From Chitinivibrionales bacterium (lineage in GTDB: Bacteria > Fibrobacterota > Chitinivibrionia > Chitinivibrionales > WJKA01): a stretch of 64,000 nt of DNA. How positions within the stretch are numbered: the first letter of the stretch is position 1; each line of letters starts with the position of its first letter. Positions 38,554-47,675 of this stretch are shown here, piece after piece. The notes under the pieces are model-generated. The model made no database searches, was not told the DNA's origin, and saw nothing but the letters and a program-made list of their open reading frames with translations. The stretch spans positions 32,001 to 96,000 of the forward strand of contig JBBRUX010000001.1 in NCBI GenBank assembly GCA_038247415.1, given 5' to 3'. The translations under genes and the position numbers were made by a program.

Positions 38554-40599
38554 ATGGTTCTAAAAAATGCAATAAGGGCTCTTATTCTAATGATTAGTAT
38601 ATCCGGTACTATACATTCTCAAGATTTAGTAAATTCATTTACACTGCCCTCAGATGCTGGAACACTTATTCCATCAAATATTTATCCCAACAGCAAAACC
38701 CAAACTTCCACCGCAGGTATTCAGGCCGCTATAGTCGCTTCATGTGACCGTTGGAGAACCATATATTTGCCCGCTGGGACATACCTTGTCGATGACTCAT
38801 TAGGCGGATCGGGTGTGGGCAAATATTTTCGATTTATGACCATTATGGGAGCCGGGCCCGGCAAAACCGTGATAAAGCTTAAAGACAATTCGGCCCGATT
38901 TCAGGACACCGTGCATCCCAAGCCGGTTTTTACCATGTTCTATTCCCACAATGCAACACATGATGTTTACTACCGCAACCTATCTATAAATACTGGTAAA
39001 GGCAATCCAGGAGCTATCGGATTACAATATACCTCCCATAATGGCGGCATAATTGATAACGTACTGATTAAGTCTGAAGATGGCAAAGGTATGATTGGGT
39101 TGGATCTTAGTTTTTCGCCGCCTGGACCTGCTCTGGTAACCAATACTACAGTAGACGGCTTTCATGTTGGTATCTGGAATGGGAATAGCACCAGCATGTA
39201 TTCGATGACCATGGCCAATATAACCGTCAAAAACCAAACCGTTGTTGGTATGAAAAATGATGGTTGCTCAAATGCAGTTTACAACTTTACATCCCAAAAT
39301 AAAGTGCGTGCGCTTTACAATAGTGGTGGCGTTATGGCCCTTATCAAGGCTAATTTTACGGGGGGTGATAACAGTGTAAATTCATCTGCTATTTCAACAG
39401 AATCACTCATGTACTTGCGCAATATCACCTGTTCTGGCTATGCAAACCTTCTTATTGACAACTACGACCAAGGGTTACGGGTTCCAGGCCCATTTTTGCG
39501 AGAACGGATGGGTGACACAGCAATCTGGACATTCAAGTCACCTCAAACAGCCCTGAACCTTCCCATTAAAGAACCGCCCATTATTCCGTGGAACAACGAT
39601 TTTTCTACGTGGGCAAATATAAAAAGCTATCCAAACATTCAAGCTGCATTTAATTCTGGAAAGTCAACAATTTATTTTCCTGGAGGTGCCCATGTTGGAT
39701 ATTCATCTTCAACACCCATACAAGTACCATCGACCGTGCGTCGTATCATAGGATTTATGGCAGGCTTCTCGGGGCAGCTTGTTTTTTCCCAGACCGATAC
39801 CACTAAAGCTGTTGTTGTTGACGAACTCTTTGGTGCACATCTGATACAAAACGGGAAAGCACCATTATACCTTATTGGATCAACTGGTACAACGGTAACA
39901 ACAGCCTCTGGCGCGGGGGATGTTTTCATAGACGATTATTGTTGTGCCATGCTTACTATCAATAAATCAAGTGTCTGGATTCGTCAACTTAACCTTGAGC
40001 CCGATGCAAGCCCTTTTATTCGTAATACAGGAGGCAAGCTCTGGGTACTAGGATACAAAACAGAAAAACCCTATACGGTTCTTGAGAATCTCGCAGGGGC
40101 ACAAACAGAAATCCTTGGAGGGCTTATTTATCCTGTTTCAGGAACAACCAAAGGCGTTCCTTCGTATATCAACAGCGAATCGGCACTCTTTCTCATGACA
40201 AATGTCTGGGGAACATATTCTCCCTTTATCAGGGAAACATGGAAATCGGTTACTAAAGAAATTTCACCCTCAACCGTTTCACGAACAGCCTTGTATGTCT
40301 GCAATCCGGATAGCATCAACTACGTGCGTCCAACAGCAACGACAAACAAGCTCTCATCGATACCACATAGTGATAATGCTATAGTAACTGGATCTCGGGG
40401 CCATTACAAACTCGACATAACCAGCGAAACACCCTATACAGCGTCTTTGTATTTACTTAACGGTAAAAAGATTTTTTCAGCATTCAAGACTGTAAGCAGC
40501 GCAATCCCGCTAGAAATGCTTAATACCGCAGCGAATGGATATATTGTCAAGATACTTTTTAAAAATTCAACACTGAATCGGACAATCTTTTGTCCCTGA
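38554..40599 (+). CDS. Secreted beta-helix glycan-active enzyme (Pectate_lyase_3/GH55-like) with a T9SS-like tail
   Basis: TAGIQAAI, TIYLPAGTYLV, G.G.GKTVIKLKDN, GKGNPGAIG, second IQAAFNSGKSTIYFP, WVLGYKTE; C-terminal LYLLNGKKI...GYIVKI. Confidence 0.8.
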   Translation: MVLKNAIRALILMISISGTIHSQDLVNSFTLPSDAGTLIPSNIYPNSKTQTSTAGIQAAIVASCDRWRTIYLPAGTYLVDDSLGGSGVGKYFRFMTIMGAGPGKTVIKLKDNSARFQDTVHPKPVFTMFYSHNATHDVYYRNLSINTGKGNPGAIGLQYTSHNGGIIDNVLIKSEDGKGMIGLDLSFSPPGPALVTNTTVDGFHVGIWNGNSTSMYSMTMANITVKNQTVVGMKNDGCSNAVYNFTSQNKVRALYNSGGVMALIKANFTGGDNSVNSSAISTESLMYLRNITCSGYANLLIDNYDQGLRVPGPFLRERMGDTAIWTFKSPQTALNLPIKEPPIIPWNNDFSTWANIKSYPNIQAAFNSGKSTIYFPGGAHVGYSSSTPIQVPSTVRRIIGFMAGFSGQLVFSQTDTTKAVVVDELFGAHLIQNGKAPLYLIGSTGTTVTTASGAGDVFIDDYCCAMLTINKSSVWIRQLNLEPDASPFIRNTGGKLWVLGYKTEKPYTVLENLAGAQTEILGGLIYPVSGTTKGVPSYINSESALFLMTNVWGTYSPFIRETWKSVTKEISPSTVSRTALYVCNPDSINYVRPTATTNKLSSIPHSDNAIVTGSRGHYKLDITSETPYTASLYLLNGKKIFSAFKTVSSAIPLEMLNTAANGYIVKILFKNSTLNRTIFCP

Positions 40600-40658
40600 G
40601 GCCCAGGAATACTTCGATAAAATATCTTTGTTAACGAGAACAAGAATTGCACTAAAAT

Positions 40659-40700
40659 AAAAACGGCCTCAGCTGAAATAATCCAGCTGAGGCCGTTTTT
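40659..40700. terminator. Bidirectional terminator between the beta-helix gene and tRNA-Ser
   Basis: AAAAACGGCCTCAGCTG...CAGCTGAGGCCGTTTTT. Confidence 0.9.
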
Positions 40701-40707
40701 GCTTATA

Positions 40708-40799
40708 TGGCGGAGAGGCAGGGATTTGAACCCTGGGAGCCGGTCGCCCAGCTCAACGGTTTTCGAGACCGCCCCGATCAACCACTCTGGCACCTCTCC
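40708..40799 (-). tRNA. tRNA-Ser (anticodon CGA)
   Basis: Minus strand: GGAGAGG acceptor stem, anticodon arm GCGGT-CTCGAAA-ACCGT, long variable arm, GGTTCAAATCC, encoded CCA. Confidence 0.97.
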
Positions 40800-40920
40800 G
40801 TTGAGTACATTTAGGCTTTAAAAAATACGTTGAGGCCATTACCTGGTCAATGTATCTCATAAATTTAACCGGCGCATGCTATTTTAAAGAGCACGAAACC
40901 TTTTTCTGAGGAATATTAGC

Positions 40921-41874
40921 ATGACTCATAGAATCCTCGTTACTGGCGGGGCTGGATTTCTGGGATCACACCTTTGTGAACGCCTTATTGCAGGTGGTCA
41001 TGAGGTGATCTGCTTAGACAACTATTTCACTGGCAGCAAAAAAAATCTCGAGCACCTCCTTGATCATCGCAGTTTCGAGCTGATTCGTCACGATGTTACT
41101 GAGCCCCTGTATGTTGAAGTAGATCAGATTTATAATCTTGCCTGTCCGGCATCTCCGGCACATTATCAGTATAACCCCGTTAAGACTGTTAAAACAAGCG
41201 TGATGGGGGCTATAAATGTTCTTGGTCTTGCAAAACGGGTAAAAGCTCGGGTGTTGCAAGCGTCAACATCTGAAATATACGGCGACCCGCATGTGCATCC
41301 TCAGACCGAAGAATATTTTGGAAATGTCAACACCATAGGAATTAGATCCTGCTACGACGAAGGCAAACGTGTTGCAGAAACGCTCTTTTTTGATTATCAT
41401 CGACAGAACAATGTTGACATCCGCGTTATGCGCATTTTTAATACCTATGGGCCCCGCATGATGCCCAATGACGGCCGGGTTGTCTCAAACTTCATTGTTG
41501 CAGCGCTTACCAAGAGCCCACTTATACTTTACGGAAACGGTGAACAGACTCGCTCATTCTGCTATGTTTCCGATCTTATCGATGGCATGATGTCCCTCAT
41601 GGAGCATCCCAGTGCCATTGGACCTTTTAATATCGGCAACCCGCAGGAATTTACCGTTGCTGACCTGGCAACAAAAATTATTGACTTATGTAAAAGCACT
41701 TCAAAAATTGAACATGGCCCCAAGCCTTCAGACGATCCTGGTCGCCGATGCCCCGACATTTCAAAAGCGGCATCGATCCTTGGATTTTGCCCAAAAGTTG
41801 ATCTATCAGAAGGCCTTCAAAAAACCATTGCCTATTTTCGCACAACCGTGCTTGATAAGAAAGTGATGCCATGA
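40921..41874 (+). CDS. uxs: UDP-glucuronate decarboxylase (UDP-xylose synthase)
   Basis: [57 protein letters not shown]. Confidence 0.95.
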   Translation: MTHRILVTGGAGFLGSHLCERLIAGGHEVICLDNYFTGSKKNLEHLLDHRSFELIRHDVTEPLYVEVDQIYNLACPASPAHYQYNPVKTVKTSVMGAINVLGLAKRVKARVLQASTSEIYGDPHVHPQTEEYFGNVNTIGIRSCYDEGKRVAETLFFDYHRQNNVDIRVMRIFNTYGPRMMPNDGRVVSNFIVAALTKSPLILYGNGEQTRSFCYVSDLIDGMMSLMEHPSAIGPFNIGNPQEFTVADLATKIIDLCKSTSKIEHGPKPSDDPGRRCPDISKAASILGFCPKVDLSEGLQKTIAYFRTTVLDKKVMP

Positions 41875-43355
41875 AAATCCTGATTTTTTTGTCTGCCTGC
41901 CTGTGCGTCTGCATTCTCTCCTGCACTCCAAAAACCGCTCATGCGCAAACGTCTATTACCGTTGGTGAACGCCCACGCCTTGGGGTACCCCCCGAAACCA
42001 CAACGACGCTGACACAGGACAGCACTTCGCCAAACTCATCATCCGATGAATCAACTACCATGACAACCTCAGAATTACCTATCGACACCCTCATAACGGC
42101 ACCTGCCAACACTATTCCCCGAGGCGGGTTTTTGAGCATTTCCACGTTTCGCAGTAATCAATCGGTTGCTCTGTCGCCATTTCTTGGGTCTCCCGACTCC
42201 TCAACCATTCTCGATATGCTTTTTACGCTCTCCTTTAAAACACCCCGCATCGTTGCAATGCATCTTGCAAAGGGATTATCCAATGCTCATGGAGAGGAAA
42301 TAACTGCATTTGATTGTGTGGATGCACTAAATACACTCTGCAAAGATCGATCTGCATGTGCGCGCGGCCTTTTCGTATACGTTGACGGAATGGATGACCT
42401 TCTTGTGGGGAAAGAGGCTGTGCTGAGAGGCATGCGCGTTTTTGATGCTTCAACTATTTTATTTTCATTGACAATACCAGATTCACGTGCACTCACCCGT
42501 ATGAAATCATTTGAGCTTTTACCCGCCTCGCTTGCGCTAGGCCCGTATACACTTGCATCATCAAAGATCAATGAACTTAAGGCAAACAGACTGTTTGTTG
42601 GCGGCATTCCAATGCTTGACTCTTTGCGTATTTACAAAGGTGGAGACAGTAACCCCTTTGTAGGTTTTTCGCGGGGGGTCTATGATCTTGTTGAGCTGGT
42701 ATTCCAAAAGGACATTTCCTACGCCAAAAGCAACTTATCAGCTTCGGGTTCATTAACAACGCTGCAAACCGATCGCTATTTTTTGTCTATCACAAATGCA
42801 ATGCCCTTAGCACTCAGAAAAGCATTAAAAAACTCGCTGCGATTGCCCGAACTTATTCGCTCGGAACTTCGTGTACAAGCGCAACCCATTACATCGCTTT
42901 TTGCAAATGATAGTATTTTGTCAACCAACGTATTAGATACTACGCCCCTGGGCGTAACGATGCAACCCAAAAGCTTGCAGCCATTCTCGGTGCTTGTTCG
43001 CCAAGACGACCCCGTTTCAATGAAACTCGGGAGAACTTTATTAAATAGACTCTCAAGTATCGGCATTCCCTGTACGCTGGATTGTAAAGATGAAACACCT
43101 TTTGAAAAAACTCTTGCAACTCGCAGGTATACGATTGCTATCGGATATATATCGGGAGAATTTTCGCCCTCGGCTGGAGACAGCCTACGCGTGGGGCAAT
43201 CCTGGTTTAACTCTAATGAATCCGAAGTAACACGAATCCAAGCCATAACCGAAATTCCGCTCTTCGCTCTTGATATTGTTGGTTTTTGTAAACCAAGCGT
43301 ATCATGCCTTAGTGGCCCTCGTTATGCACTCTGCTATAGAAACGCTTCCTTATGA
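41871..43355 (+). CDS. Divergent SBP_bac_5-like substrate-binding lipoprotein
   Basis: ILSC lipobox; [31 protein letters not shown] patterns. ATGA overlaps on both sides. Confidence 0.6.
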   Translation: MKILIFLSACLCVCILSCTPKTAHAQTSITVGERPRLGVPPETTTTLTQDSTSPNSSSDESTTMTTSELPIDTLITAPANTIPRGGFLSISTFRSNQSVALSPFLGSPDSSTILDMLFTLSFKTPRIVAMHLAKGLSNAHGEEITAFDCVDALNTLCKDRSACARGLFVYVDGMDDLLVGKEAVLRGMRVFDASTILFSLTIPDSRALTRMKSFELLPASLALGPYTLASSKINELKANRLFVGGIPMLDSLRIYKGGDSNPFVGFSRGVYDLVELVFQKDISYAKSNLSASGSLTTLQTDRYFLSITNAMPLALRKALKNSLRLPELIRSELRVQAQPITSLFANDSILSTNVLDTTPLGVTMQPKSLQPFSVLVRQDDPVSMKLGRTLLNRLSSIGIPCTLDCKDETPFEKTLATRRYTIAIGYISGEFSPSAGDSLRVGQSWFNSNESEVTRIQAITEIPLFALDIVGFCKPSVSCLSGPRYALCYRNASL

Positions 43356-44497
43356 AAGAATTAACCATAGAAAAAATTGTGCATGGAGGGTTTGGATTAG
43401 CGCGAACCCCCGAAGGCATTGTATTTGTGCATGGAGCATTACCCGGAGAAACTGCACAATGTGAAACTATAGGCACTCAAGGGGGAATTGCCCACTATCA
43501 AGCAAAAAAAATACTAGCCGCATCCCCCGATCGTGTTTCTCCACCCTGCGAATACGCCACTGTATGCGGCGGCTGTAATTGGCAATATGCGAAAATAACT
43601 GCCCAAACCGAATTTAAAAGAGATATATTTCTCGATGCGCTTTCTCGAGTAGGAAAGCTTACCATAGACATTCCTATCCGCCTGATTTCGCATCAATCCG
43701 AAAACTATCGGCAACGGGCGCAAATCAAGATTGACCAGAAAAATCACGTGGCTGGCTTTTTTAAAGAAAGCACTAATGAAGTTATTTCTATTGGGCGCTG
43801 CCCACTCCTTACCGATTCGATTAATAACCTCCTTGCAAACCCTGCAAGTATGCTTGATGCAAAAGTCGATGCAGTCAAGGTACTAGGTGGTAACAATAGC
43901 AGGATTGCGTCCTCTCCCTTGCTTGCAAACACTTTTTCAACAACGACAATCGCTGTTGGATCCCATACGTTCTCGGTGCGCGGGGATGGCTTTTTCCAAT
44001 CTAATGCATTTCTAGCTTCCGATTTAGCAACCTTTGCGTCGGAGTATATACGAGGATCTAAAATTGTAGATTTATATAGCGGGGTTGGATTTTTTCCTAT
44101 CGCTTCGGGAAAACGCTTCGATTCGGTCGCGATGGTTGAATCGGCACCATTTTGCAAAGAAATGACACTTAAGAACTGTGCCGACAATAAATTCCCTAAC
44201 GCTACCTTCTATGCGAATGATGTCGAAAGTTTTCTTGCTCGCAATTTTTCAGTCCTTTTAAACGCTGACACGCTTATTATAGATCCTCCACGCACAGGAC
44301 TCGACAAACCAGTTCGAAAGTCAATTGGGGCATCGGGTATTAAAAGGATTATTTCGGTAAGTTGTGATCCTGCTACTCACGCACGAGACATTGGCTATTT
44401 TGTAGCATATTGCGGATATTCGATTTCTGCTGTGGCGCTCTTTGATATGTACCCTCACACGCACCACAGCGAAACCGTTATAATACTAGACAAATAA
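43352..44497 (+). CDS. RlmD/TrmA-family RNA (uracil-5)-methyltransferase with a TRAM domain
   Basis: FVHGALPGE, C..CGGC, FFQSN, DLYSGVG, DPPRTG, VSCDPAT, DMYPHTHHSE. Confidence 0.93.
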   Translation: MKELTIEKIVHGGFGLARTPEGIVFVHGALPGETAQCETIGTQGGIAHYQAKKILAASPDRVSPPCEYATVCGGCNWQYAKITAQTEFKRDIFLDALSRVGKLTIDIPIRLISHQSENYRQRAQIKIDQKNHVAGFFKESTNEVISIGRCPLLTDSINNLLANPASMLDAKVDAVKVLGGNNSRIASSPLLANTFSTTTIAVGSHTFSVRGDGFFQSNAFLASDLATFASEYIRGSKIVDLYSGVGFFPIASGKRFDSVAMVESAPFCKEMTLKNCADNKFPNATFYANDVESFLARNFSVLLNADTLIIDPPRTGLDKPVRKSIGASGIKRIISVSCDPATHARDIGYFVAYCGYSISAVALFDMYPHTHHSETVIILDK

Positions 44498-44499
44498 TA

Positions 44500-45483
44500 T
44501 TAGTTGGCAAGCAACGCTTTAATGCGTTTCCAACCATCGGCAGGGATAGATGCACCCTGTACCTGACACACTTCGTAACCACACGCCGAGGCAAGTTCAC
44601 CACAGCGCTCAAGCGAAAACCCATTTATAATACCATATAAAAATCCAGCTGCCCATAAATCGCCAGCCCCCGTTGTATCAAGCGCAGATCCATCGCCCTT
44701 AATGCCAACGGTGATGGTTTCACCTATGCGAGAAATAATACTCCCTCTTTTACCAAGCTTGTGCACTGCAATAGGACAGAGCGCAGCAAGTGCTGCCATG
44801 GCTTCATGCTCGGTTTTCATACCGGTAAATGCGGAAGCTTCATCTTCGTTGGCTATAAGGATATCAACTTTGGATGCCAATTCCATGAGAATATCCCGTT
44901 TGGCATTCACAACGGTAAAGCTTGCCAGATCCAGAGACACACGTGCGTTCGTCTGCTTTGCAAGCTCAACTGCTCTGCGCATGAGGCTTTCATTAAAAAG
45001 GAGATAACCCTCTATATGAATGACAGCTGCGTCTGCAAAATCTTGTACATCAACTTCGTCTGCGGTTGACTCCGATGACGCACCAAGGCAGGTAAACATT
45101 GTTCTCTGTGCATCGGGGGTGATAACTGACAAAACGCGACCCGTTGGAGAGCTTGATACAGAAAGCCTCGGCTCTACATGCGATGCCTTGAGACTGTTTT
45201 CGAAAAACAATCCCATTTCATCGTCGCCACGTTTTCCCATAAAGCGCGCCGGTCCGCCCAAATTGCCTGCACCTAAAATTGTATTGCATGCCGAACCACC
45301 CGGGACGATAGCTGGCTTGTTTTTCGTTTGCGAAAGAAGATTAGTTATGTACGCGTCATCAACAAGCGTCATACCACCTTTTTGTGCGCCTGTGCGGGCC
45401 ACAAACTCGTCCGACTCAAATATTAAAAGATCTACGAGTGCAGATCCAATACCAGCGATTAACCTACGCGAAGATTCTGCCAT
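44500..45483 (-). CDS. PfkB-family carbohydrate/adenosine kinase
   Basis: GGSACNT, RTMFTCLGAS, ANEDEA, DTTGAGDLWAAGFLYG. Confidence 0.93.
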   Translation of the reverse strand: MAESSRRLIAGIGSALVDLLIFESDEFVARTGAQKGGMTLVDDAYITNLLSQTKNKPAIVPGGSACNTILGAGNLGGPARFMGKRGDDEMGLFFENSLKASHVEPRLSVSSSPTGRVLSVITPDAQRTMFTCLGASSESTADEVDVQDFADAAVIHIEGYLLFNESLMRRAVELAKQTNARVSLDLASFTVVNAKRDILMELASKVDILIANEDEASAFTGMKTEHEAMAALAALCPIAVHKLGKRGSIISRIGETITVGIKGDGSALDTTGAGDLWAAGFLYGIINGFSLERCGELASACGYEVCQVQGASIPADGWKRIKALLAN

Positions 45484-45638
45484 GTGAAAAAGCCTTTCTG
45501 ATGATTACGATAGTGCGGCAATGTGCCGCGACTGCTTGAAAATTATTTACAAACTCGCACCCGCGGCCACTGAGTTTTCTGAGGAGGGCGCGTACCAGTC
45601 AGACGTTGGTATAATTGCCTTATTGTAATATTCAAGTA

Positions 45639-45947
45639 TCATGCATTTTCCCAAGGTTTTAATGGCCACTTTGTCAAATCCCGAGAACCTCGAATTACTG
45701 CAATCATTTGAACTGACTCCCCTTGAATTCGGTACATGATTCGAAAATTCTGTAAAATCAATTCTCGGATCTTTGGATCGGCAACTTCAGGGACTGCACG
45801 ACCAATCTCGGGGAAATCAATTAACATCTCTACGGCATCCAATATCTTTTCGATGAAGCTTGCAGCATAAATCTCAGAATCTCTTGCAATATAACTGCGA
45901 ATAGATTCGAGATCATCGGCCGCTGGAACCGTTCATCGTAAAATCAT
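45639..45947 (-). pseudogene. RelE/ParE-family toxin with a nonsense codon at position 5
   Basis: ATG 45947 gives MILR*TVPAADDLESIRSYIARDSEIYAASFIEKILDAVEMLIDFPEIGRAVPE...IRELILQNFRIMYRI. The TGA (45933-45935) sits where these toxins normally have Trp (TGG). Confidence 0.88.
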
Positions 45948-46123
45948 ATTTTCAGAAATCTTTTTTTAAGGTCCTCATGCGATAGCAGATGCCCTTCATC
46001 TGCTGATTTAACACCTTTGTCAATTTTATTGCAAACATACATTTCATACATGAGGTCATCCCATGATGCTTCATCGGAAAGATTGTTAAGGAGCTTTTTT
46101 GCGTCCTCTTTAACAGCACTCAT
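45944..46123 (-). CDS. Cognate antitoxin (59 aa, addiction-module type)
   Basis: Hand translation MSAVKEDAKKLLNNLSDEASWDDLMYEMYVCNKIDKGVKSADEGHLLSHEDLKKRFLKI. GAAAGGA RBS; ATGA overlap with the toxin. Below the ORF-track size cutoff. Confidence 0.85.
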   Translation of the reverse strand: MSAVKEDAKKLLNNLSDEASWDDLMYEMYVCNKIDKGVKSADEGHLLSHEDLKKRFLKI

Positions 46124-46157
46124 AAGATAGTCCTTTCACACTCGTTTTTATGAGGGC

Positions 46158-46937
46158 TCAAAAATGCATGCGAATTGGCACACCGCGATCTGAGAGATAC
46201 TGTTTTATACCTGCAACTGTATGCGTGCCATAATGAAGCATAGAAGCAACAAGAGCTGCATCGGCTTTGCCTTTGGTAAGTACATCGTATAAATGTTCTG
46301 GTGTTCCGCCCCCACCCGATGCGATAACCGGGATACCTACTGATTCAGCAATCTGGCATGTCAAGTTTAGCTCATAACCATCGCGCGTTCCATCGGCATC
46401 GATACTATTGACAACAAGCTCACCTGCTCCACGATCGTGCCCTTCCTTGGCCCAGGCAATTGCATCGATTCCCATAGGCGTTCTGCCACCATTGATAACA
46501 ATTTCGTATCCTGAAGGTATTGATGCAGAAGTAGGAACTTTAAGAACATCCATAGAAAGCACCACACACTGGGCTCCAAACGCATGTGAGGTTTCATTAA
46601 TAAGGCTTGGGTTTTTTACCGCTGCCGAATTAACATTAATTTTTTCGGCACCCGCCAAAAGCACCGCGCGGGCATCATCGACACTGCGCAGCCCCCCACC
46701 AACCGAAAAAGGAATAAACACTTGCGCCGCCACAGCCGACACAACATCAAGCATAATGCCACGGTTATCGCTTGACGCCGTAATATCATAAAATACAAGT
46801 TCATCAAGACCATCGGTATAATAGCGCCGTGCCGTTTCAACAGGATCTCCAATATCTTGGGTGTTGACAAATTTAACACTTTTGGCAAGCTTACCATTGC
46901 GGACATCAAGACATGAAATAATTCTTTTTGTTAACAT
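46158..46937 (-). CDS. hisF: Imidazole glycerol phosphate synthase cyclase subunit
   Basis: [42 protein letters not shown]. Confidence 0.97.
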   Translation of the reverse strand: MLTKRIISCLDVRNGKLAKSVKFVNTQDIGDPVETARRYYTDGLDELVFYDITASSDNRGIMLDVVSAVAAQVFIPFSVGGGLRSVDDARAVLLAGAEKINVNSAAVKNPSLINETSHAFGAQCVVLSMDVLKVPTSASIPSGYEIVINGGRTPMGIDAIAWAKEGHDRGAGELVVNSIDADGTRDGYELNLTCQIAESVGIPVIASGGGGTPEHLYDVLTKGKADAALVASMLHYGTHTVAGIKQYLSDRGVPIRMHF

Positions 46938-47551
46938 GCACTGCCATCCCAAAGAGTAAAACGCCGCAAAATCGACAAACCCAATTCTCCGCTTTTTTCG
47001 AGATGAAACTGTGTTGCAAAAAGATTTTTGCAGCCAAGTGCTGCTGTAAACGGAATAGTATACGTACACGTCAGATAGACAGAAGAATCATCTGCTACAC
47101 ACGGAAAATAGGAATGCACAAAATAAAACTCTGCCCCGTCGGAAACATCTTCCAGGAGCGGATGGTTTTTAACACGCTTGACACAATTCCAACCCATGTG
47201 CGGAATTTTAAATTCGCTGCTTGGAGCTACAAATTTTTTACATTCACCGGGAAGTAAACCAAGGCACTCAGTAGGACCTTCTTCTGAGCGGCTCAGAATT
47301 ATCTGAGTTCCCAGACAAATTCCAAGCAGTGGAGTGCCCCTCTTAAAAACGTCGAGAAGCGCTTTTCCAAGCCCTGTGCTCGTAAGGTTGTGCATAGCCG
47401 ATGCTGCATGCCCAACACCAGGGAAAATAACACGATCTGCACCTCGAACACTATCTGGATCGCTGGAAATAATCGCCTGCACACCTAAATAATCGAGCGC
47501 GCGCTTAACAGAGGTGAGATTTCCAGCTTTATAGTCAACGATAACAATCAT
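46931..47551 (-). CDS. hisH: Imidazole glycerol phosphate synthase glutaminase subunit
   Basis: [37 protein letters not shown]. Confidence 0.96.
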   Translation of the reverse strand: MIVIVDYKAGNLTSVKRALDYLGVQAIISSDPDSVRGADRVIFPGVGHAASAMHNLTSTGLGKALLDVFKRGTPLLGICLGTQIILSRSEEGPTECLGLLPGECKKFVAPSSEFKIPHMGWNCVKRVKNHPLLEDVSDGAEFYFVHSYFPCVADDSSVYLTCTYTIPFTAALGCKNLFATQFHLEKSGELGLSILRRFTLWDGSAC

Positions 47552-47675
47552 AGGATAAATCCTAAAAGGAGAAAAGCAGTGACGGTTCTGGATTAATCTC
47601 TTGAGGGAGGTTAGTACCGCCAAGAAGGAAACCATTGTAAAATAGTTTGCTGCATTCCTGGCGGCTAATCAATTA

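Noticed and set aside
40434..40793. 119-aa ORF beginning MPEWLIGAVSKTV
   Set aside because: It is a translation of the tRNA-Ser gene and its terminator.
40600..40920. Genomic island integrated at tRNA-Ser
   Set aside because: No integrase, and I noticed no duplicate of the tRNA 3' end in the window.
6220..45935. Stop-codon recoding suggested by the in-frame TAG (6220) and TGA (45933)
   Set aside because: TAG and TGA terminate many intact conserved genes here (e.g. fliJ and fliH with TAG; fliG and gyrB with TGA). Both cases are single-transition nonsense changes in accessory genes.
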